A stretch of DNA of 32,000 bases from Novosphingobium sp. PP1Y. Its GTDB lineage: Bacteria > Pseudomonadota > Alphaproteobacteria > Sphingomonadales > Sphingomonadaceae. The DNA is taken from NCBI RefSeq assembly GCF_000253255.1, contig NC_015579.1:144552-176551 (forward strand). Reading direction: 5' to 3'. Below are positions 25,159 through 32,000 of this stretch, piece after piece. The translations under genes were made by a program, and so were the position numbers. Each line of letters begins with the position of its first letter. Positions within the stretch are counted from its first letter, which is position 1. The notes beneath the pieces are model-generated. The model made no database searches. It saw only the letters and a program-made list of their open reading frames with translations, and had not been told where the DNA came from.

Positions 25159-26715
25159 ATGACCGTCGATCGCCGCACTGTTCTTGGCCTTCTCGGAACG
25201 GCACTCGCCGCGCCGCGCACGGCCTTTGCTGCCCCTGCGCGGCGACCGAACCTAGTCTTGTTCATGCCTGACGAACTGCGTGCGGACGTGCTGAGCTGTT
25301 ATGGCAACCCCGTAACTCTCACCCCCAATTTCGATGCGCTGGCGCGGCAGGGCACGCGTTTCGCCAATTGCCACGTGCAATATCCGATCTGCAGTCCATC
25401 CCGCTGCAGCATGCTGACTGGCTGGCCTCCAAGCGTGCGAGGCCATCGCAGCCAGTTTGCGCGGCTTCGCCCAGACGAACCCAACATGTTCCGCTATTTG
25501 CGCGAGGCGGGTTACGACGTATTCTGGGTCGGTAAGAATGACGCGCTGACCCAGGAATGCTTCCGTGACAGTGTCACCGAATGGCAGAGCCAGCCAATCC
25601 TGCGCTTCGGCGGCGGGCCTCTACCTTCCGTCGATACGGCAACGATGGTGATGCGCCCCGGCGAGGCCAAGCGGACCGACACGACGGACTATGCCTGCAT
25701 CCAGCAAGCTGTTCAGTGGCTCGAACGTCGGGAAACCGATCGCCCGTTTTGTATCTTCATTGCTTCCTGGGAACCGCACCCGCCTTACCGCGCTCCGGCC
25801 GACTTTGCCACGATGTATAAGCCTGCAGACCTGCCACCACTGATCCCGGCGGGCCTGGCGAAGAAGCCGGACTTCCACGCAGCGATCCGAGGCTCCCACG
25901 GGTTAGATCGCATCGATGACGCCGCTTTGCGAGAGGTTCGAGCCGCCTATTACGGCCAAGTGAGTTACACGGACTGGCTATTGGGCGAGTTGATGGAGGC
26001 AATGGAGCGCACAGGCCGTAGCCGTGATACGGCGTTGTTCGTTGCCTCTGATCATGGAGATTATGCCGGTGATTATGGTCTGATCGAAAAGTGGCCGAGC
26101 GATCTGACGAGTTGCCTCACCCATGTGCCACTAATCGGACGCGTGCCTGGGCTCGCAGGCGGGCAGGCCGCGAGCGACATGGTCGAACTCTTCGACATCA
26201 TGCCGACTTTCCTTGGTCTTGCTGGCACTCGGACTCGTCATACGCATTTTGCACGTTCGCTGCTGCCGCAAATGCACGGCCTTCCGGGCGATCCCGATCG
26301 TGCCGCATTCAGCGAGGGCGGTATGAACGTCTATGAACCGCAGGCTTTTGAGACGAATTGGCCGGGACCATTTTACAAGGCAAGGATTGAGCTGCCGCTG
26401 CAGCATCCCGAGACGATATCGCGATGCGCGGCGATCAAGACGCGGCGCTATACCTATGTTCGCCGACCGCAAGGCCAGGACGAACTGTACGACCGCGCTG
26501 CAGACCCTGCAGAGACGAACAACCTCATCGACGCTCATACGCATGCCTCAGCTAAGGATTCGCTAGAGCGTCGCCTGCTCGACTGGTACGTCAACACTAG
26601 CGGTGTCCCGCCGACCGATCGCGACAATGCTAGCGAAATGCCTCCCTATTCGCCGCCGCCGCAAACTCTGCCCGGCTCCGATGCGGAAACAGTCGCCAGA
26701 ATTCTCAACAGCTGA
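25159..26715 (+). CDS. Sulfatase (formylglycine-dependent family), Tat-exported
   Basis: 518 aa. Twin-arginine signal MTVDRRTVLGLLGTALAAP. Active-site signature CSPSRCSMLTG (CxPxR). Confidence 0.9.
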   Translation: MTVDRRTVLGLLGTALAAPRTAFAAPARRPNLVLFMPDELRADVLSCYGNPVTLTPNFDALARQGTRFANCHVQYPICSPSRCSMLTGWPPSVRGHRSQFARLRPDEPNMFRYLREAGYDVFWVGKNDALTQECFRDSVTEWQSQPILRFGGGPLPSVDTATMVMRPGEAKRTDTTDYACIQQAVQWLERRETDRPFCIFIASWEPHPPYRAPADFATMYKPADLPPLIPAGLAKKPDFHAAIRGSHGLDRIDDAALREVRAAYYGQVSYTDWLLGELMEAMERTGRSRDTALFVASDHGDYAGDYGLIEKWPSDLTSCLTHVPLIGRVPGLAGGQAASDMVELFDIMPTFLGLAGTRTRHTHFARSLLPQMHGLPGDPDRAAFSEGGMNVYEPQAFETNWPGPFYKARIELPLQHPETISRCAAIKTRRYTYVRRPQGQDELYDRAADPAETNNLIDAHTHASAKDSLERRLLDWYVNTSGVPPTDRDNASEMPPYSPPPQTLPGSDAETVARILNS

Positions 26716-26734
26716 GGCGTCAATCGCCAGGTCA

Positions 26735-26990
26735 CGACCAACTCACGCTGTTCTGGGGCGGTCGCCGGAATGTCCGCTGATGCCAGAACTCACCGTTCAT
26801 GATGGTGTTCGCGAACAGCAGTTTCGTCCCAGACATTTCATAGCTGAAGGTCCGCTTCCTAGCGCTGGAAAACGGGAGCCGAACGGCGAAGATGGGCGCG
26901 TTGCTGCCCGGCAACTGTCAACCTTTCGAATGACCCGTTCCGGCGTGGGCCGACATTCCCGCAGCCGCATTGGAACAGCGTGAGTTGGTC
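26735..26990. mobile_element. MITE-like 256-bp element with perfect 19-bp terminal inverted repeats
   Basis: CGACCAACTCACGCTGTTC (26735-26753) and GAACAGCGTGAGTTGGTCG (26972-26990). The arms stay partly complementary for about 30 more nt. No credible ORF inside. Confidence 0.55.
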
Positions 26991-27107
26991 GGCTGCTGCC
27001 GGCGTGTGAGCGACAGTTATCCCAGTTTCTGCGCTCTGAACCCGACATTCGCCTATCGACCCATTGCGGGCATTTTGCCTGTCCGCGCCGCCTTGGAGCG
27101 GCGGCCA

Positions 27108-27539
27108 TCAGATAGGCAGAATCTGAAGGTCCAGCCTGTCGGTATCGAACCCGTTTTCTCCGGGAATGGCGGCAATGATGCGTTCTCGAATGCGGGGGCC
27201 GGTGGTGTGGCTGAGAACGGCCTGACCTGATCCATTCAACACCACGACGTCATTGCCGGCGATCAGGGTCGCGCCGCGCAAAGAGCCTGGCGCGTAGGTG
27301 ACCACGAGCTCATAGCCGCCCGGTGCATTGCAGTATTCACGGAACGTGCCCAGCGAAACTGCGCCATGGTCCATGATGCCGCCGCCGGTTGGCTGATGGC
27401 GGACAGAACAGAACACGGGAACGGTAAGCTGCAGGTTATAGCCCATGGCTGCCGCCTGCGCAGCCGATGGCAGGACTGCGAGCGCGAGGCATCCCATAGC
27501 GAGCGAGACTTTCCGAACCATCCAAGCACCTTTCGCCAT
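27108..27539 (-). CDS. Secreted small fimbrial-subunit-like protein (SCPU-like)
   Basis: Signal peptide ...LAVLPSAAQAAA, then YNLQLTVPVFCSV (a Cys-containing beta-strand as in SCPU subunits). Last gene of the chaperone-usher operon. A likely start is ATG 27521, after AAAGGTG. Confidence 0.55.
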   Translation of the reverse strand: MAKGAWMVRKVSLAMGCLALAVLPSAAQAAAMGYNLQLTVPVFCSVRHQPTGGGIMDHGAVSLGTFREYCNAPGGYELVVTYAPGSLRGATLIAGNDVVVLNGSGQAVLSHTTGPRIRERIIAAIPGENGFDTDRLDLQILPI

Positions 27540-27634
27540 GAGGCCAAATCTTGGACTGATTCTAGGTCGTGCCGCGCTAACATTCAGTTAAAGGGCGATT
27601 ATCCGCCGCAAGAAAGCGGGTGCAGGCGTCTGGT

Positions 27635-28552
27635 TCACCGCGCCGATACCGAAATGGAGATGATGTCGCTGTAAACGCCTGCGCGCCGGTTCGAGACGTC
27701 TCCGATGATGAACTGGATCGGCAGTGACTCGCGGCGATATCCATGGCCGGCCGGGCCGGTGACCGGCGCAGTGCCTGCGAGGTTTACCGATTGGCCCCCA
27801 ATGGCGAGCGAATAAGGCACGCTCCACTGGGTGGAATCCATCCTCAGCTTGCCCGAGTTCGCGGACGAAACCGCAAGATCGTATCGACCCGTGCTGCTTA
27901 CGCGAAGCTGCAGCGGCACCGGAGCAACCCCCTGTCGCAGCTCTCCCAGCTCGACCACCGCCTGACCGTCATTCATCGTGAACGCACCAGCAAGACCGAT
28001 CCTGGCCGACGGCAGGACATCTATGCCGAGGGTCAGCCGGGTGCCGCCATATGTGCGGAAAGCCGCATCCCGCGCTTCGACGATCACGTTCTGCGAGAAA
28101 GTGCCTGCATCGCGAACCTTGTCCGCGTCGACGGCCAGCTTGTACAGTATCGTCCGGGACTGGTTCGCCTTCAGCACGATTTCACGCTGCAGGGTCGTTC
28201 GCACAGACCGGCCGGCGCGCGGGGTAACGTCCTGCGAATCGGTGAGATCGAGCAGCACATAGCCGATCCGCTGGCCCGACCCGGAGGATAGGCCGAAGGG
28301 CGGTTGATCGAGTTCGAAAGCCGGAGAGAACCGGCAATCCTTATCACCGTCATTGACGTAGGTAATGCTGAAGGTGGCCTCGGGCGCGACGTCCCCGAAA
28401 GGGTCGAAGCCCTGTATGGTCCAGGCCGTGGGCGTCGCCGTCATGCGAACGGTGCAGTCCATCTCGGCCATTCCGGGACGAGCGGCGGATGCTTGTGCCG
28501 ACGAGAGCGAGGCCAGCAACGCTGCCCCAACCAGCCCTAAAGAACGATACAT
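27635..28552 (-). CDS. Two-domain SCPU-type fimbrial subunit, putative tip adhesin (CsuE-like position)
   Basis: 305 aa. Signal peptide ...SLSSAQASA. C-terminal RAGVYSDIISISVSAR resembles the SCPU GxYxDxxxxxV terminus. Lies immediately downstream of the usher. Confidence 0.6.
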   Translation of the reverse strand: MYRSLGLVGAALLASLSSAQASAARPGMAEMDCTVRMTATPTAWTIQGFDPFGDVAPEATFSITYVNDGDKDCRFSPAFELDQPPFGLSSGSGQRIGYVLLDLTDSQDVTPRAGRSVRTTLQREIVLKANQSRTILYKLAVDADKVRDAGTFSQNVIVEARDAAFRTYGGTRLTLGIDVLPSARIGLAGAFTMNDGQAVVELGELRQGVAPVPLQLRVSSTGRYDLAVSSANSGKLRMDSTQWSVPYSLAIGGQSVNLAGTAPVTGPAGHGYRRESLPIQFIIGDVSNRRAGVYSDIISISVSAR

Positions 28553-28561
28553 CGAGGCCTC

Positions 28562-31240
28562 CTAATTCTTCAAGCCGGACTGCAGTGTACCGAGATCCAG
28601 CAGGCCATCGGTGTCGGCGGGTACAGTAAATTCGAAACTGCGATCGATGGTACCGGCGGCGCCATAGGTTTCTACCAGATAACGGCGTCCCGGCAACAAG
28701 TTGGAAATCGCGAAACGGCCTACCGAATTCGTGAAGAACGGCTGCGGTTCGGGATTTTCATTGTCCTTGACATCGAGAAGCGTGACCCGGCCGCCAATCA
28801 GGGAGACCGGCTTTCCGGGCTTGCTGACAAGAGTGCCAATGGCGCTGGCGAAGGCGTCAGTGCCCACGCGCAGGGCGTAACCGCTCTTGTAGGGGGGGCG
28901 AACGCGAACCACGCCCGGCCCGGTGTCGTACCCAGCTGGCGGGTCCTCGACATCGTACTGCACCGTCTGGGCAGAATAGGACGCCAGCGCGTTGTTGACG
29001 GCAGCGCCGAGTGCGCCGCTCTTGCCGATATAGTCGTTCTGAGCCAGCGATTGCCCTGCAACGACGCTGCGCTTGCCCAGGTTCTTGTGGGGTTTGAGCA
29101 GCATGAAGCTGTCGTTGATGCGCCGTCCCACGCCGAACATTCCGCCCGCGAACGCCAAGGTCGTGCCGACGCGCACCGAAGTCGCATTGACCGCCCCCAG
29201 ATCCGAGAAGTCGGCACCGTAGGCGGCGTGACTGACGGACGCCTCGAATGTGTTGGCCGCATAAGTCGCGTAGCCCTGGCCCACGACGTTGTCGTCCTGA
29301 CGCGTCATGATCCCGCCAAAGCCCACGCTGTTGAGCTGATTGAGCCCGCTCTGGTTGTAGGACACTTCAGCCAGGTTATTGCGGCTTTCGTATCGCGCTT
29401 CCGCCCTGCGCCGATAATCGGGCTGGAACACGAGGCCGATCATGACGCTGAAACCCGTTCCGCGGGACAGGTTCGAGGGATATCTGGCGTAATCGACCCC
29501 GGCTCGCACAGTCCATCGTCTGTCGAGGCGATAATAGGCAGTCGTACCGATCCGATAGCTGTCACCGAGGCCGCTGCGGCCCTTGAGATAGGATGCCGTC
29601 GAGGTCGTCATGAAACGCAGGTCGAACTGGTGCGTGAACTGGGCCGAGACCGACAGCGAGGTGGAATTGATGCCCTCGATGTTCCCGAGCGTGGCGAACT
29701 TCGGGGACAGATAGTCCGTCCTCAATGTGAAGCTGTCTGACAGGCCTTCCCTGTCGAAGTAGTGCTCGTAGCTGAGCCCCAGCGCAAAACCCTGCCCGGC
29801 AATTTTGCCATTGCTGACGCCCCCGTCGAGAAGCACCCGGCCGGCATTGCCCAGCACGAACTGGGTTTGTCCGGTGACCGTCTGGACATCCTTGCTCACC
29901 TGAAGCCCGACGCCGATGGCAGGGCGGTTCAGGAAGGCCTTGCGGAAGAAACCGGTAAAGGCGACCGGGCCGCCATACTCGGGTTGACTGCCGAAAGTGC
30001 GGCTCGTGCTACCGAGAAAGGCGCCATACTCATAGTCACCCGGATCGAGATCGATCGGATCCAGGTACTGCTGATAAGCCAGGTTCTGTGTTGCGCCGGA
30101 GTTGTCCGTTACCTGGATCGCGATATCGTTGCTGCCTGCAAGCAGCGGCAGGGAACCGAAATCGTATCGGCCGGGCTGAAGGCGAATTTCCCGGTAAAGG
30201 GCGCCGTTGCGCAGAAATCTGACGGTGGATTCGCGTTGCAGGACCAGCTGCCGGTTAGCCTGCAAGACCGCCGAGCGGAACGTGTTGAACCGGCGCTGCT
30301 GGCGCAGCACGCCAATGCCGCCCATTTGCACATAGGCCTGCTGGCCGCGGATTTCCGGATCCAGATCGCCGACGAAGAAACGCCGGTAGGACCCCGGCTG
30401 ATCGTAGACGAGACGCGCGTAGTTGCGGGTGAACTTGTAGCTGCTGTCGGTCAGGCCAAAGCTCTGGCCCAGCTGGGCGGCGCCTTCGAACACCACTTTG
30501 CCGAAGCGCACGGCACCGTCGAAATCGAGCGTCGGGGGATCTGTCGACTCCGAGTTCCAGACGTACGTCTCTACCGCGCTCAGATTGAGATAGGCCGAGA
30601 AGCCGGAAGGCTGCAATGTAATGTCATCGAGGTCCTCGCGCGGCGGCGCGAACAGATCCTGCACCGCGCGCTGGTCGGGCGACACCTCGACGACGACGAC
30701 GGCAAGGGTGCTCGGGTCATATGTCAGCCCGACGCCGGTCTGCTCGAGATTCTCCGGCCCGAAATCGCTCAGTCCCTTGAGGTGGCCGGCGAGCTGGGCG
30801 TGCGCATCGGCATTGAGGATCGGCTCCATCAGCCGGAGAAAGGCCGTCGCATCGAGCAGGAAGCGGTCGTCGGCGGTCAGCCGCATCGGGATATCGCCGA
30901 GGCTGCGGCCCATGAAGGTCAGGGGGACCGTCATGTCGATATCGCGCTCGTACGGATTGATGTCGGGCCGCCCGTGCGCGCCCATGGGCACCTGCGGCAC
31001 CGACGAAGTATCTACCTGGGGCGGATTGTCCGCCGGAGGCGCCGGGCTCGGCCCTGGAAGCGGTACCGTCTGGGACGGAAACGGTTCGGGCAGAGCGCCT
31101 GGGCGACTTGCTTCGCCCCCCGCCTGCGATGGAGCCGGCCCCTGAGGCAAGGGGATAGAGATTTGCGCACTCGCCTTGCCTGCGCAGAGCAGGGCAGGCG
31201 CAGTCGCGGAACACAGCAATGCGCGGGCGAACTGTCTCAC
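28562..31240 (-). CDS. Fimbrial outer-membrane usher
   Basis: About 890 aa. Preferred start is GTG 31240, overlapping the chaperone stop (GTGA). Signal peptide VRQFARALLCSATAPALLCAGKASAQ. Pro-rich linker followed by a long beta-rich body. The ORF extension to 31411 overlaps the chaperone and is rejected. Confidence 0.85.
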   Translation of the reverse strand: MRQFARALLCSATAPALLCAGKASAQISIPLPQGPAPSQAGGEASRPGALPEPFPSQTVPLPGPSPAPPADNPPQVDTSSVPQVPMGAHGRPDINPYERDIDMTVPLTFMGRSLGDIPMRLTADDRFLLDATAFLRLMEPILNADAHAQLAGHLKGLSDFGPENLEQTGVGLTYDPSTLAVVVVEVSPDQRAVQDLFAPPREDLDDITLQPSGFSAYLNLSAVETYVWNSESTDPPTLDFDGAVRFGKVVFEGAAQLGQSFGLTDSSYKFTRNYARLVYDQPGSYRRFFVGDLDPEIRGQQAYVQMGGIGVLRQQRRFNTFRSAVLQANRQLVLQRESTVRFLRNGALYREIRLQPGRYDFGSLPLLAGSNDIAIQVTDNSGATQNLAYQQYLDPIDLDPGDYEYGAFLGSTSRTFGSQPEYGGPVAFTGFFRKAFLNRPAIGVGLQVSKDVQTVTGQTQFVLGNAGRVLLDGGVSNGKIAGQGFALGLSYEHYFDREGLSDSFTLRTDYLSPKFATLGNIEGINSTSLSVSAQFTHQFDLRFMTTSTASYLKGRSGLGDSYRIGTTAYYRLDRRWTVRAGVDYARYPSNLSRGTGFSVMIGLVFQPDYRRRAEARYESRNNLAEVSYNQSGLNQLNSVGFGGIMTRQDDNVVGQGYATYAANTFEASVSHAAYGADFSDLGAVNATSVRVGTTLAFAGGMFGVGRRINDSFMLLKPHKNLGKRSVVAGQSLAQNDYIGKSGALGAAVNNALASYSAQTVQYDVEDPPAGYDTGPGVVRVRPPYKSGYALRVGTDAFASAIGTLVSKPGKPVSLIGGRVTLLDVKDNENPEPQPFFTNSVGRFAISNLLPGRRYLVETYGAAGTIDRSFEFTVPADTDGLLDLGTLQSGLKN

Positions 31241-31995
31241 CTGGCGAATGTCAACTTGATCGGTCCGGGCCCGAAACCAGGCACCGGCAGGTTGAAGACC
31301 CGCTCTCCCATCGCGGCGACATAGCCGGTCCCGATTGCGCGGTTGAGCTCTTCGGGCGAGATATCGACGCGCAGCCATTTGCCGTCGCGATCGGTGCCTT
31401 CGAGGTGCCAACCGAAATTCGCCATCATCGCATGGCGTCGGCCCTCGTTGCGCAAGGTCACTTCGACGCCATCCTGCTTGGGCGGGAGCTCGTTCGATCC
31501 CGGAGCCGCCGGCGGCTGATAGAGCACCTGCCGTACCGAGGCGGCCTTGACGTCGGGCTTGGCGCCCGGAGGCGCCACGACGACCAGCGCGCGCATGTTA
31601 TAGAGAACCTGGACTTGCGCGCCCACCGAATCGCTGGCTCCCGGTGCAAGGGCGACCGGCAATTGTTCTACCGAGACATAGAACGCCTTCGACGTGGGGA
31701 GTTCAGGATTGCCCACCCATTGCAGACGAATGACCTGGCGGCCTCCCGGGGGCAATGCACCCTGGGGCGGGAAGATCAGAAACTGATCGTCGGCCGGAGT
31801 TTCGACGATGTCACCGTTCTTCTCGATGTTCATCTCGTAAACGCGGGTCTGGAACGCGAGATTGCCCGCATTGATGTTCTGGACTTCGACGCGGGCTACC
31901 GCATCGCTGCCGCGCGATTCCATTTCAAGAACCATGGGCGATACGCGCATCGCCTGCGCTGGCGAGATGGTAAACGCAAGAGCAGCCAATGCCAT
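31237..31995 (-). CDS. Periplasmic fimbrial chaperone (PapD-like fold); 5' end probably beyond the window
   Basis: MRVSPMVLEM...VEVQN...FLIFPPQGALPPGGRQVIRLQW pattern of pilus chaperones. The visible signal peptide lacks a charged n-region, so the true start is likely upstream of 32000. Confidence 0.85.
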   Translation of the reverse strand: MALAALAFTISPAQAMRVSPMVLEMESRGSDAVARVEVQNINAGNLAFQTRVYEMNIEKNGDIVETPADDQFLIFPPQGALPPGGRQVIRLQWVGNPELPTSKAFYVSVEQLPVALAPGASDSVGAQVQVLYNMRALVVVAPPGAKPDVKAASVRQVLYQPPAAPGSNELPPKQDGVEVTLRNEGRRHAMMANFGWHLEGTDRDGKWLRVDISPEELNRAIGTGYVAAMGERVFNLPVPGFGPGPIKLTFAR

Positions 31996-32000
31996 GAACA

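Noticed and set aside
31241-31411. N-terminal 57 codons of the usher ORF, overlapping the chaperone gene
   Set aside because: Arg-rich and out of character. GTG 31240 gives a proper signal peptide and a GTGA coupling with the chaperone stop.
1-32000. CRISPR arrays, tRNA, rRNA or tmRNA genes
   Set aside because: No regularly spaced short repeats and no cloverleaf-like or rRNA-like conserved segments were seen in any intergenic region on visual inspection. Absence is not proven without tRNAscan or cmsearch.

Overview
High-GC proteobacterial window, probably alphaproteobacterial or sphingomonad-like (inference from gene content only). Housekeeping and transport blocks alternate with two accessory modules.

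Left to right:
1. The 3' half of a cobalamin riboswitch, then a TonB-dependent receptor and a PepSY membrane protein.
2. A ~3.8 kb minus-strand module bracketed by a ~250 bp imperfect direct repeat. It holds a 532-aa unknown protein, an internally deleted ParD-like RHH gene, and an AbiEi-like/AbiEii nucleotidyltransferase pair.
3. kup, then a short KdpD-like kinase and KdpE.
4. An orphan TadG(vWA)-TadE-TadE minor-pilin triad.
5. A ~7.7 kb accessory island. Its left edge carries a decayed Tn3-family transposase 3' remnant. It contains brnTA, a translationally coupled ABC-type ATPase + HNH pair (Septu-like, with an unusual ~200-aa N-terminal domain on the ATPase), an unannotated 414-aa protein with a PD-(D/E)xK-like core, parDE and a short tyrosine recombinase.
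6. A LysR regulator and a Tat-exported sulfatase.
7. A 256-bp MITE-like element.
8. A chaperone-usher fimbrial operon of the SCPU/Csu type, running off the right edge.

Best candidates for something undescribed:
- the 414-aa nuclease-like gene together with the atypical ATPase-HNH pair (17898-22215);
- the repeat-bracketed module of 532-aa protein, ParD remnant and AbiE-like pair (3957-8272).

No tRNA, rRNA or CRISPR array was seen. All calls rest on reading the translations and hand alignment; no database search was possible.
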